A DNA stretch of 63,994 bases, the filler included, from Jimgerdemannia flammicorona (taxonomy: Eukaryota), in the NCBI GenBank assembly GCA_003990765.1. It is 3 parts of 3 records of this genome, joined end to end, with 100 filler letters (N's around TTAATTAATTAA, not from the genome) between each part and the next. Parts side by side here need not be neighbours in the genome. Positions count along the whole stretch, not along the records: positions 21,380 to 42,649 come from RBNJ01001489.1; 2 more parts are not named here. One strand, written 5' to 3'. Position 1 is the stretch's first letter. Each line of letters starts with the position of its first letter. A program made the translations under genes and the position numbers. Under the pieces are notes generated by a model. It was not told where the DNA came from, searched no databases, and was given only the letters and a program-made list of their open reading frames with translations. This document shows, piece by piece, positions 23,561 through 37,190 of the stretch.

Positions 23561-26500
23561 TCCCCTCTCAACAACTTCTCCCATATCCCTATCTGTCGCC
23601 CCTCCTCAAAAACAAAGAGCCAATGTCCGGCCAACCCCACCCACACTGCCATAACCCACCCTACAGTAATCCACCTATTGCAAACACCTCCCACCAGTCT
23701 AGATTCCAAATCTTCCCAGCGACCTCTCTCTCCATCTGGTCCCCTTTCAACCCCTAGTCGGACCCCTATAGCTATCCAAAAGTCCCCCAAAACCTCACAC
23801 TCTCCCAGCCAGTGTTCCGGCATTTGTACAAAACCCCCAGCTTGCCCTATATAATAACACTCCTCACAATCCAGCTGACCACCATCCACCAGATGCCCAG
23901 AATGGAAATTCAACATAACATTCCTCCACAACATTCATCACTACACTATCCAGAACTTGGGAGGAAGCCACCACTGTATCTCAGCACTCCAGGACCAGAT
24001 TCCTGCCCAGTCCCACTCCTCACCAATCCTCACTGCCTGCCAACTACTTGGCCAAAGATTCTGGCCAATTCACCGCTGACACTCCACTCCATCCCCAATA
24101 TCAAACTCAGCGAGTAGAACTCCCCCTAGAAGTAGACAGTCCCACCTCCACATTGCTGGACCCCAGACCACCTCCCCCTCATCGCCACACCAGTGCAGGC
24201 CTATCCGATGTGCTCCATCTATCACTCTCCACCAGAAGCCCTTATACCGTAGCCGTTGACTTCCATTCAGACCCACCAAAGAGAGTAGATCCCCTGAGGA
24301 CCCCCGGGGGGAGACTCTCATCTCCCACACCTTCTGCATCAGTGGGACCCAATCTCCACCCTGTAGATCAACAGCTCTTCTCAACCACAAAGCTCTCAGG
24401 CAGTGTAATCGCTTAGGGAAGTCAACAAGGCCCAGGCCTCCCCTAAGCACTGGCTCCACAAGGGTATCCCAACTGATCTGGGCCCTTCTACCTGCCCAAA
24501 CCCAATCCCTAGCCAGTTTCATCAGCCTCTTCACCACCCAAGCTGGAAAGTCCAAGTGATATGCCACATACCACAGCTTGGGAAACCAGTAAACATTCAG
24601 TATCGCCACCCGCCCCACCAGGGAGATGTGATGACCCCCCCAACTTTTTGGAGCCTCTCCCCAAATGTCCACCCTCCTCTCCCACCATATCCGTGGCAGA
24701 ACTGATCCATATACAGAGAGAAATATACCGAGATACCACACCACCTCTCCTGTGGGGACAATTGTTCCAATGATGTCCCCTCCAACTAATCCATTCCCCA
24801 ACACCATCATCTCACACTTATGCCAGTTGAGCCTCACTCCAGAGTGTGCCTCATACCATTCCACCATTCCCTGAAGAGCCTCGACATCTGCTACTGATCT
24901 AAGTCCAACTACCATTTCATCTGCAAAGACCCCCACCTTCCACTCCACGTCATATACAGAGAGCCCAGCCACCTTCCTATGGATCCTATCCAACAAAGGT
25001 TCCAGGGAGAGGGTGTAAAGGATAGGAGACAGTGGATCTCCTTGAGGGACTCCTCTCCCCAAGGGAAATGCCAAACTCCTGTGACCATTACACATCAGTG
25101 CTACTCTACTCCCTTCCAACAAACTCAACATAGAGGCCCAAAACTGTGGCAGAACACCAATTCTGTCCAGCACCTTGCCTAGCCAAACTCACCGAACACG
25201 GTCATAGGTCTTCTTCTGGTCCAGAAAAACCAGCCTACCATCCAGTCCGCAGGCTCGGGCTCCTTCAATAATGCTATGCACCCAGGCAGTTCTATCTCGG
25301 ATTAGTCTACCTCCTACAAAGCCCCGCTGCTCCTCTCCCAGCACCTGCTGAGCAACCTTCTGTAGTCTCGCAACAATCACCTTAGTTACCAGCTTCCGAT
25401 CCATATCCAGAAGCATGATTGGCCTCCAGTTCTTCCAATCCTCATGCCTGCCCTTGTCTTTGTACAATAGAGCCACGAGCCCTAAGTCCTGCTCTCCAAC
25501 CCACATGCCATGCAGAATAACATAGTCACAGAGGGCAGCCATCTCTCCCAGCACCCCAGGGACACTTGCCATCTTCTTCCAGAAGTCCCACAGTAACCCA
25601 TCCTCCCCTGGCGCTGTCCCAAGCTTAGTAGCTGCCAGGACCCCCTGAATCTCCTCCTCCTGGACTGGTAAGATCAGGTCACCCAGTCCCTCCACCTGCG
25701 GTGGCTCCCACTCCTCCAATGTGTCGCCAATTGCCTTAGTATCAGCACCCCCTTCTTCCTCACTCCACAGACCCTGCCATTTCTCCTTCAATACCCCCAG
25801 GATCTGCTGCATGCCATACACCAATTCTCCCTCAGCATCAAAGACCCCATCCCACCGATGTCTCACCCTCCTGGTATTGAGGAGCCTAGATAAGTTCCTA
25901 GTAGGCTGCTCTCCCTCCTCAAGCCCCTGCCACCTTATCCTGGCAGCCATTCCTCACATATGCATTTCCTCCTCCTCTTATAACACCTGTTGCAGTTCCA
26001 CAACCTCCAATTTCGCCCTCACTAATCTTCAATCCTCCACCTCATCAGACATAAGCAAATCAGCCCACTCTAACTGCAATCTCTTCAGCCTATTTGAAGC
26101 ACACCATACCCGCCTCCTCCTCTGTCTCCCTGCCTCTCTACCAGCTTCTCCCCAATATACCCTCACAGCCTCCTTCAACCTCATCCAACGGACACCCACA
26201 GACAAACCCTCCGGCCTCCAGAGAGGAACCTTCGCCTGGATGTCCTCCACCCAACAGTCCCACAACCTCTTCTCTGTCAGCAGGGAGGAGTTAAGGTGCC
26301 AATGTCTGGGTCCATCTCCACTCCCCCCAAACTGCCCCTGCCCATACAGTCCCCAGTGATCAGACCATGGGCACCACACTACCTCCAAAGTCTTCCAGAC
26401 ATCAGCATCCCAACATTCAGCAGTCAGAACCCAGTCAATCCTTGTCCCTAAGCCATTCACCCAGTGTGTGTAGACCCTGGTATCACCCCACCGTGTTTGG

Positions 26501-29183
26501 CCCATATCCCCTAAGGAGCGAAGGTTTTCCACCTCCTCCCATACCTCCAATCCACCACTCCTTCCACCTGCATTCCTCCCTCCATCAGTTCTATCCAGTC
26601 GCCCATCTCAAACCATGTTAAAATCACCACCAAGAATATCGACCCCTTCCTCCAAGAGGATGCCCTCCTCCAGCTGCTTCTTAATCCATACAATTCTTTC
26701 TCCCCTAACCGCTGGGCAGTAACAAGAGCCCACCCTTACCAATTCCCACCCTGGCTAGTGCCATTCACCCCAGACCAAGTGATCCCCCCAGCTCCTGATA
26801 CCCCCCAAATCTCCTCTACCCTTCTTCACCAGAATCGTCACTTTTCCAAACTAAGTAGTAGCCCTACCCCATTCTCTAGTCCACTCTACCCTATCCTTCT
26901 CATCCTCACACTGTACATCCTGCAGTAAAAAGAGATCAGCCTCCAATCCCTTTAGCCAAGTAAAAATGTTCTTATGCCACCCAGATCCCCGAAGGCCATT
27001 CACATTGAGAGAGAAAATATTAGTTGTGCTGTTCATAAGGAATATTGTTAAAGATCAAACTTCTCCTCTACAAATCCACACTCAAGTCCTCCTGCGCCAA
27101 ATCCAAGATGCGTTCTGCAGCCAGTTCCCTCTTCTCAGCTTCCAGTGCCTCCAACCCACCCAGAAGTTCAACCATTGCCCCATCCTCTTTCTCCTGAAAG
27201 TCCTCACAATACTCCCCACAGGCCTCCTGCCAGAACTGCAAACCATGGCGTTCTGCCCAACAGTAGGCAGCCTGCTCCCCAGCAACAACCACCAGCTCTG
27301 CCTTCCTCACCTCATCCACCTCATATCCCTCTTCTTCTAGTAAGATTACAAGAATCTCCACCTTCAGCGCCTCCACCACTCCATCACCTCGCAGAATCCA
27401 TGCCCAGTGCTCATCAGGCATGACCCTTAGATCCACTTCCCCCAACACCTCAGCTGTAAGGTTATCCATCACCTTGCTTATCCACAGCAGATTCCCAACC
27501 TCCTTCCCTCCAGGGGTCCCCGGCTGCCCTGCATCCAGCATTGTAGTATCAGCACCTACACTGGCATCCTCATTCCACTCCTTCTCTGGGACATCCACCA
27601 GCTCGTCCTCACCAACCGCCACCACCTGGCCCCCTTTCGCCACATCTGGGATCCCAAAGGTAACTCACTGTGCCCCCTGCATCGGTACATCCTCTGCCAC
27701 CCCTCTCCACCCCACTGGTCCCCTTCTGACAAGTTGGGGGGGGGTGCTATCCAACTCCTCCTCCCAAACTTCGAAAGTACCATCGGCATAGGGATCCTTG
27801 CCCAGCACCTTTGCAGCCTATTCTACTGTCACCACTGCCTCCTTTCCACCTTCGCTAGCCCATACACTGGCTTTGATGCCTCCAGACTCCTCAGCCCCCT
27901 CTACCTTCCTCTTCTCCCCTCCTGTCATACTTGCCAAGAGCTCCCTCTGCCTCAAGCACCCCTGGGCCCACTCCCACTGCCTCTTATCAGTGTGGATATG
28001 CTTCCCCTCTACAATCTCCAGGTGTGTTGACTCCTCAAAGAGCTTCCAGGCCTTTGCCCACCATTCCACCACTCCACTCATCTCCTCCAATGCTTCTAAC
28101 AAGTCCTCCTCCTCCTCCTCACTCCCCTTCACCCTTGATACCTTACAAATAAAAGCCCCCCACATAAACACTGAGGGCCAGTCACCTGTCTTCTCTGTGG
28201 CCTCCCTCCCTACCAGCCGAATCCTGACATCAACATCACCTGTCCTAATCATTGTCCCCTCCCACACCTGGAAGCCAATATCCACCACATCACCATACTC
28301 CACCATCACCTCCTCTACCCTCCTCCTCATCTCCTCCTTCATCACCGTGGGCACCCCCTTCACCAGCATCTGAACCACCCTGGGGTCCCACCTCAAACAG
28401 CGCACTATGGGGACCACTACCTCCCCAACTACCACTCCAGACTTCAGGGCCTCGTCCAGTAGACCTGCCTCCTCAAAGCCCACCTCAATCCCCTCCAGGC
28501 CCTTCAAGAATTTCACCGATGCCACCCTAGCCACCTGCTTCAAGATAAGCCCCAGGACCATCCTCGCCATCACCGCCAAGCCATGGAAGCACAAGGTAGC
28601 TATGAACTCCAAAATCGACTTCTTGAGCAATGGGGCCACTGCCAGTCCCATTACACCATCTGCCAGGTCCCCCTTCCCCATTGGGAACCCCTGCCCCCCC
28701 TGGCCATCAGCCGTCACATCTCCTTTTTTTTCCTGATTCACTGTCACACCACCATCAGCAGTCCCGCCACTACCCCCAGCAGTTACTCCACTTCCACCCC
28801 CTCCCACTGATGAAGGCCCAGCTCCCCCAGCATTCCCAGCCTTCTTCTTCCTCTTCCTGCCTGACTGTCCACCATGCTCTCCCATTGGCCAACCTCCTGT
28901 CCTCAGTGTATCCACAAAGCTCCTTCCCTGCTGCCCTCCAGCCCCCCCACCAGTGCCGCTTCCACTGCCTGAGCTGCCCTACCCACTGGGGCCACCAAAA
29001 GACCCCATCCCCAGTCCATACCCTCTCCCGACATACTGCCAGTCGAAGGCCCCAGGTCCACCTGACTTAGTACACGTGCTGGCTTACTTGCTGGTTGACA
29101 TCTCCTTAGTATCTTTCTCCAATAAACGATATGAAAGTGTGTTGGAAAGTGTGTGTAATGTGAATTATAGCAGAGAGAGATGA
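23560..29183 (-). mobile_element. LINE copy 4: 5' UTR, ORF1 (~29103-27068) and ORF2 (27036-~23560), last ~250 nt missing
   Basis: ORF1 RRM-like EYGDVVDIGFQVWEGTMIRTGDVDVRI; EN MNSTTNIFSLNVNGL, LLQDV, RIDW, WSDHW; RT GVPQGDPLSP and FADE; CEEC...EHWLGEC. Confidence 0.93.
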
Positions 29184-31519
29184 TGTCCTGGCCATCCAGA
29201 CTGCCTCACCTCCCCACTCCTTTGTCCATTCCAGTCTATCCAAGTCATCCTCACACCTGACATCCTGCAAGAGGAAGAGATCAGCCTCCAATCTCTTCAG
29301 CCAAGTAAAAATGTTCTTATGTCAATAAGTGCCCTGTAACCCATTCATGTTCAAAGAAAAAATGTTGGTTGTACTATTCATAGTGAAGAATGGTGTGTTA
29401 TCAAGCTTTCTCTACTGCTCCATGTTCATCTCCTCCTGCACCAAGTCCAGATTATGTTCCACGGTCACCACCTCCTCTTCAGCCCTCTGAGCCTCCAGTC
29501 CAGCCAACAGCTCATTCATCTCCCCATCTGCCTTCTCCTCAAATTCCTCGCAGTACTCCAGGCAGGCTTCCTGCCAGAGCTGCAGTCCATGACGCTTAGT
29601 CCAGCAGTATTCAGCCCTCTCTCCTGCGACTCCCACCATCTCTGCCTCCCGCTCCTTATCTACCTCATAGCCCTCCTCCTCCAGATACACTGCAAGAATT
29701 TCCGCCTTCAATGCCATCACCACCCCCTCCCCCTGCAGGATCCTTGCCCAATGCTCATTGCTCATTACCCTCAAATCCACCTCTCCCAGCTCCTCAGCCA
29801 CCAGGTTGTTCATCATCCTGCACATCCAAAGTAGGTTCCCCACCTCCTTTCCTCCAGGGGTCGCTGGCCTCCCACCATCCAGCATTGTGGTGTCAGCCCC
29901 AGCACTTGCAGCCTTGTCCCACTCCTCTGGTACATCCACCAGTTCCTCCTCACTGACCGCCACCACTTGTCCCCCTTTTGCTGTCTCCAGAACTCCAAAT
30001 TGCACTCGCTGGGCCCCCCACATCGGCACATCCTCCATCACCCTGCTTCAGGAAGCTGGGCCATGCCTGATAAGGAGAGTAGGGGTAGGGGAGTCCTCCC
30101 ATGTCTCATCCCAAACCTCTAGCATACCATCTACATATGGGTCCTTGCCAGTTGCCTCCCTGTTCTTGCCAGTCCCCTTCCCAGCACTCCCACTTCCCTC
30201 GCCTGCCCAGACACTTGCTTTGGCACCCCCCATGTCCACCATCCTGCTCATATCCTTCTGAGGTCCACCCTTCATCTTCACCAGCAGTTCCCTCTGTCTC
30301 CTTCGTCCCTGATCTCATTCCCACTGCTCCTTGCTTACTCGAATCCTCTTCCCATCCATCACCTCTAAGTACATCGCCTCCTCAAAGGCCCTCCAAGCCT
30401 TTGCCTGCCATTCCTCTGCACCGCTCAACTCTTCCAGTGCTTCCAATAGGTCCTCTTCCTCCTCCTCACTCTCCTTCACCCTCATCACCTTGCACATGAT
30501 CGTCCTCCAGACCATACCGGAAGGCCAGTCCCTTGCCTTCCTGGTGGCCTCCTTTCCTGCCAGCTGAATCCTCACATCCACATCTCTAGTCCTGAGCGAG
30601 GTCCCCTCCCAGACCCTGAATCCAATATCCACCACCTCTCCATACTCTGCCATGACCTCCTCAACTCTCTTCCTTATCTCCATCGCCATCACTGTATGCA
30701 CCCCTTTCACCAGCAGTTGGACCACTCTGGGGTCCCATTTCAGGCATTGTGCCATTGGAACACACACCTCCCCAACTATCAATCCAACCTTCAACACTTC
30801 CTTCAAAGGCTCAGCCTCCTCAAAGCCCACTTCCACTCCCTCCAGTCCCTTCAAAAACTTTATGGATGCCGCTCCAGCCACCTGCTTAGCAATTAGCCCC
30901 AGTATTATTTTCACCATCACTGCTAGGCCCCGGAAGCACAGTGTCACTGCAAACACTAAGATCGATTTCTTGAGTAACAGTGCCACCACTAGGCCCATCA
31001 CACTATCTGCCAAATCTCCTTGTCTCCCAGACCCCAGTCACTCAGCTGCACCATCCACAGTCACATCTGGATTTTTTTCCAGATTAGCAGTCCCATCGCC
31101 ATCAGCTGTCACACCCCCCCCAGCCACTATACCTTCAGCCCCACTGCCCCCTCGGCCAAGGGCTACTCCCCCATGTACTGTCGCCTTCTCCGTTTTCTTG
31201 CCTTTCCTCAACCAATCCTCCAGTCCCATCATCTGCCTTCTCCCCTTCACCATCTCAGCAAAGCTCGCCCTCCCAGATCCCTGTCCTCCACTACTGCCTC
31301 CTTCCCTACCATGTCCACCTGCCAGCAGCCCCCTCATACCTCCCCCCAGGCCAGGGCCTCTCCCCACATGCTGCCAGTTGAACGTGCCTGGGCCACCCTG
31401 CCCAGTACATACCTCAGATTGCCTGTCAGTCACCATGTTGCTAGTCTCTTTTCTCCAAAAACAATGTTGTAGGTGCTTTTCAAAAGTTGTGTAACCTGAG
31501 AGGTACCGGAGAGAGATGC
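29184..31519 (-). mobile_element. LINE copy 5: 5' UTR, ORF1 (31436-29412) and first ~65 codons of ORF2, interrupted by copy 4
   Basis: ORF1 fragments 31038-31436, 30315-31013, 29412-30041; ORF2 starts at 29381 and runs ...LLQDVRCEDD...AVWMART straight into the copy-4 5' UTR. Confidence 0.92.
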
Positions 31520-34500
31520 ACCATTTCTGCTAGACACTTCTTGTTTGGGAACCTCCTGTTCAGGGGTTTCTTTTTCCTCAGATAATTCTTGACCTCAGAT
31601 TGCTTGTACTTCTGCAGCTTTGGCTGCAGGTATTTCTGGAACATATCTACACTTTTTCTTCTTCCTTCTGTACTCAGGGCAAGCTATACCAGATGAATTC
31701 CTTATCCCAATGATCTTGGAGGAGTGCTCAGGACACTTGTGTCTCTTGAGACAGATAGGGCATCCTTTGGTTTCTCCTGCAATGGCTCTGATGGTAATGG
31801 GGATGGTGTTCTTGGCCCACACATTGTCTTCTGGCCTGTCATCCACCAGATTGATTCAGGGATTGAGTCTGGGATTATTTCCATCTTTGGATTATTCTTT
31901 CTCTTCTATAGTAGACTCTTCACTGCTGGCATATTTCTCCTGAATAGTGACCTTCTTCTTCTTCTTTAATTGCTCATAGCTGGTTACCTTGACTCTAAAC
32001 TTCTTGTCTCAGTAGTCAAACTTGAGTACTTGTTGATCAATATCAATAATTGTATTTATTTCCTTCATCCAGTTGGTGCCAAGAATCATATCATAGGTGA
32101 TAGCTTAGTAACATAAACCTTCAGGATGGAGAACTGAATGTGTCCAAGGGAGATAGTGATATTTCATGCTTCTTCAAAGGGTTGAGTTCAGGCTCTATCT
32201 GTTACTATGATGCTGAGATTGGATAGTCCATCAATGGGCCATTAGAGGGTGTCCAAGAATCATGTGGCAATGACACAGACAGCTACTCCTGTGTCTATGA
32301 GAATTTTCACTTTTTGTACTCCAATATCTTAATGCAGATAAGTGCTAACATGTCTTTCTGCAGCTTGAATAGAGATAGGAGCTGGTTCTTGCTGTGGAAT
32401 TGGAACTCAGCCAGTACTAGACCTGGTGGTTCTCAGCAATTTGTTTTGGACTCCAGCTGGTTTTAGTTGCAGAAACTACAGGAGAGAGACATCTATCTTG
32501 GCTTCTTGAATCTTTTGCCAGGCTTTATTGTAGATGTCTCTAGGTATGGTCTTTGAGGTGTACTTCTTATTGGGCTTTGAGACAGCAGGTTCCCATTCTT
32601 CTTATTCCATTTCCTCATCTTCTAGGGGCAGCTCATTTATCTCAGGGACAAAAGGTGAAGAAGTCTGGAGAGGTGTTTCTACTTGCTCCTCTTCATGTTC
32701 TTTGTCTTTTTCTTGGATTCTTCTGCTGATGTTCCTGGATGGCCTTCCTATAGGTCTCTTCCTTTTCTCTGCTAAGTAGACTGTCTTTCATATAGTAACT
32801 TTGGCTGGATATAAGTTTAGGTCACTGTAGTCTTTACTGTTACTTGCTTTTTCAAAATCTTTGACAGAATGGACTTCAGTCTTCTTGTACTGAGTTTCAT
32901 TTCTTTGGTTTGGTGGTTCTGAATCCCTTCAGTCACTTCTTTTGTTGTCACATTCATTGGCATAGTATCTGAATTATCTACAGTGGAAGCATTGAACTTG
33001 GGCTCTGTCTCAGATAAGATATCTTCTTTCTTCTTGCTGGTAGTTCCTGTTATCTCTTATGGACAACCTTGGTTCCTCTGTGGTGGATATCCTCTGTTAT
33101 CTTGATAACCTTTATTTTTGCATATGGTGAGTTTTTCAATCTGTCCAACCAATTGGTCCAGCTTGGAACTGAGGTCTTGGATTTCACTTCTATCCTTCTT
33201 TCTTTCTTTGGGTGGCCTTCTTTCTTCAGATCTCTACTGTCCTTGGAGGAGTCCTTGTAGGGCTTTGACCAGGATGTCTTCTTTATTATCCTTCTTATCA
33301 TAATCACTCCAGGTGGTTTCTTGTCTAATATCAAAGAGTTCTTGGGCTATATATACTTGTTCTACAGACCTTCTAATACCTAGGGTGTGGACATGCTGGG
33401 AAATGTTCAGAGGAATTCCATTTATGAAGGTCATAGGACCTATGATGTCTTGGTTGATAGCATTGAACCTGGCTGCATTCATTCTCTTCTAGATTCTTGT
33501 GAAGAATGCTCTGGGTGATTCTTTAAGATTTATCTTCATCTCTATGATGGATTCTTGAGCCTTATGGTGGGTTTCATTTTCTGCATATTTTTTGATAAGC
33601 CAGTAGACCATGGCTACATATTCCAGCTCATAGGATGCTGCTGCTTGTATTTCTGCTGCTAGGTCTGAGTGTGGATCATTTGCTGTTTGGTGGAAAATTC
33701 CTCTAGCTGGTTCTCTGAGCTGGGCCTTGTAGATGGCAATTTTCCTTTTATTTGGGAGATTCCTTAGGGCTACAATTCCCTCAATTCCATCAAAGAATTC
33801 TCTAGAATCTTCTTCTGGACACCCTGCAAAGGTTGGCAATGGAGAGGATATTTTGTCATCACTTTCTTCTGGTTCTAGTTCTGGTTCTGATTCGGATTCT
33901 GACTCTGATTCTTCCTGAGCTATAGCTGGGAGTGGGAGTGATTGGGTATCTTGAGGATGGTATTGCAGTCCTTGGTTGAAGTGGAATAAGCCTGGGTATT
34001 TTTGAAGGAGCTGCTTCCAATTCAGCAAAGGCTGGTGATAATGATTCAATGGGTGAGATTGGTGGAACTGCTATGGGGTATCTGCTGCAGGATTTCGGGC
34101 TTGAGCAATGAGATCTTCTGGTTCTTGGGCCAGTTCTTCAAAGTCTCCAACAGGGCCACCTATGTTGTCTGGTTGATTTGGTTGAGGATTTTGGGCTGTA
34201 CTGATTTCTGGTTGAGATCTCTCTGAAGCTGAGTAATTGGCAGCTCTTGAGGTGATTACTTCTCTTTCTGTCCAAATGCTGGTGATGACTGGTTCTCCTA
34301 TAGTGGTAGATATTGATATTGTATCAAATATATCCAGTTTGACTGTGGGTTCTTGTGAGCTGAAAAGTCATGTCAATTTTGAAAGCTTCCCAGTTGAGTC
34401 TCCAAATGTAATGTGCCCGGCTCAATGGAGGCAAATTACAAGGTTGTGGGTTGATGTAGTTTGGCTTGAGCCCCTAGTTACTTTGTCAAAAAGCAACAAA

Positions 34501-35522
34501 ATGTTCTAAGATTCCTGAGATTCTTATTGGTGTTTAGTGGTATAATAGTCAAAGCTGGATATCTGCAAGTGATACTGGTGATTTCCTTATTGGGACAGGT
34601 TCTTGGGTGTAGCAGCGATTTGTGTGTATGGCAGACTGGCAATTTGGTGGTTCTCCTTATACGATTTCTGTGTGACGATCTCTGTATAGTACAACGAATT
34701 CCTTAAGTATGCGATTTCTGGTGGGATGATCTTGGTGATATTCCTTATGTGAATTTGGCGGATGACTCAATTTGGCATGGATTCTCCTGATTTGGCTCAC
34801 TGGGAATAGTATTGGCGGCGGATTCTTCTTACTGGAAACGGATAACTCGGATGCCACAGATTCTTCCTAAATCAGCATGGTTCTGGGAAATAACTCAGAT
34901 AACTCAATGTTGTGGATTCTTCCTGAATTGGCTCTTCTGGGAATAATAACTCAGATTCTTTGACAAGTTATATCAAAGACTGGCTTCATTTGTGCAAATG
35001 AATCGCTGCAAAGTTGCATCAAGAGACTGACTTGTGGCAAGAATGGCAGGCTCTCTGGGAATACAGGTTTCTCTTCAAAAGGTGGTGAAGTACTTCCTTG
35101 AACTTGGCAGCAAACTTCAGGCTTATCTGGCAAGTGAACCAAGACTTTGTATCAGAAAGTGGACCAGAGTGAGAATAAGGGGACCAATGTTCAATCTTTA
35201 GAGACTTCTTTGGTTTGTGCTTTAATTTGGACTGAGGTTTATTCACTCTTGTCTCTGGGTATTTTATATGTGGTTGCTATCTGGTTGCTATGTAGCTAAC
35301 TATAGATTTGGTATTTGTGGCAAGTTGTGCAAGTTCTGTACAAGTGTGCAGGTCTTGCACAGGTGTGCAGATCTTGTACAGATATACAGGTCTTGCACAG
35401 GTGTACAGGTCCTGCACAGGTATACCTTATCTGGTAGTCTGGCTATTTATACAGTTTTCTGTAATAATGGTTGCTGTGTTACTATGCTATGTGTTTCACA
35501 TTATCTGGCTAAGTTGCTAATT
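31520..35522 (-). mobile_element. Gypsy family A copy 2: 5' LTR (34407-~35522), gag, protease and part of the spacer; cut by the LINE nest
   Basis: Colinear with 8740-13140; gag LPTFAGCPEEDSREFFDGIEG; CFHC..F.YYANEC knuckle at ~32945-32995; IDTG protease at ~32280-32305. Confidence 0.9.
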
Positions 35523-37190
35523 ATTTATATCAAAATATATACTATACAAAATATACTAGAAATGTCAGATGATCAGCCCAGCAATATAAGCAATATAGAT
35601 ACGCCAACCACAAGTGTTCTGGTGATAGAAGCAGTCTTTATTGTAAGCATAAATATAGCCAAGAGGTCTATCTCAATCTTTGATAGAAAAGATTATATTA
35701 TCTGGGCATTCCATATGATGAATTTTCTTGATAAATATGGCTTAGTAGAGTATATGAAGCCACAAGTATACATTCAAGACTATGACCCTACAAATGATTA
35801 CTGAGCATTATATAAGATCACATTCATATTATCAAACTTGCAAATGAAGCTTGTAATGTATACAGACATAGCCAATGAAGTGTGGGAAGCCTTACACAAC
35901 CATTATATGCAAGTATCTATATCAAATCAATTCCATCTGAAATCTCAACTATTTAATCTTCAAATGAAACCTAAGGAGAGTATCTGTGAATATGTCAGTT
36001 ATGTTGATGATATGGTAAATTAAGTGAATTCTCTCAGTACATCAGCAGATTGTATAGATAATGAAGATAAGGTTATAGCACTCACAAGGAAACTTCCAGA
36101 TGTATATAATATTGTTATCACAGTTATACATGAGAGTAACAGACTTTTGGACTATATCTATATAATAATGAGCCTCATGAATAAGGAAATGCACCAAGAG
36201 AATTGTGGCAATATTTATGAAAGGGAATTCTATAGGTTCTGCAGACATGGTACCAAATAAGATCAAAAATGTGGTCAATAAAGCCAATGAACCTAAACCC
36301 AAGCTCAATAATGTGACAGCCAATCAATCAAGTATAATGGTTATTGTGAATATTGTGGCAAGTATAGATATAGGAAGCACTAATGCTATCACTGAGAAAA
36401 TGAGAAGAAGAGTGGTAAAAAGAATAGAAAAGACCAGTATTGGCAATATGGGAGCACCAGAAAGAACTATTGAGGGAAGTATGGCAATACAAATCCTACT
36501 AAAACTGATGAAAGCAGTAATCTATTTTTTGTACAAACTGCTAGCTCTATCACTAACTATGCTAGTATGAGATCTATATCTATAATAAGTAGTTCCACTA
36601 GTATAATATCTATATCTATAACAAGCAGTTCCACCAGTACAAGATTCTCCACATCTATAAAGCCTGGTAAGGATGTCAATTTTGGACCTAAAAGTACCAC
36701 CAAATCAACTGCCAATTCTACCTGTAGCACCAGTTCTACTAGCACAAGATTTACCACCAAATCCTCTAATCTGTCATCTATAAATCTCAGAGCAAAATAC
36801 TTTTGAGCTTACAAAAAGTGATGATGTAAATACTACCAGCAGTATTGATAGAAAAACCACCAACTATATACCTAATTATACATCTGGTGAATATACCAAT
36901 GTAGCCAATAAAAACTATATCTAGTTATAGATTATGGAGTCATATAATATATAACACTATATAAGAGATAGTTCTCCACATATCAACTGTTCAAACATCC
37001 TATATCTATCAAGTTGGGAGATAATAATATCATCTAAGCTCAAGGAAAGGAAAATATCAGCAGACATCTTTACAGAAACATTATTAAATCTACTACTACT
37101 CTCACAGATATATTATATACTCCAGAGTTAGAAAAGAATCTCTTCTCTATAGGCAAAATGATAACCCATAGCAATAAAGAGATATATATA
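35523..37190 (+). mobile_element. Ty1/Copia gag-protease fragment (decayed), no LTR seen
   Basis: FDRKDYIIWAFHMMNFL; ANEVWEAL...QLFNLQMKPKESICEYV (Copia gag/UBN2-like); YCEYCGK knuckle remnant ~36340-36390; protease (W)VIDYG...IKLGDN...AQGKG...DILYTPELEKNLFSIG ~36920-37155. Confidence 0.85.

Noticed and set aside
30652..31494. 280-aa plus-strand ORF and many similar Ser/Pro/Thr-rich ORFs across 21400-31500
   Set aside because: Antisense shadows of G-rich LINE ORFs; the C-rich strand is naturally stop-poor
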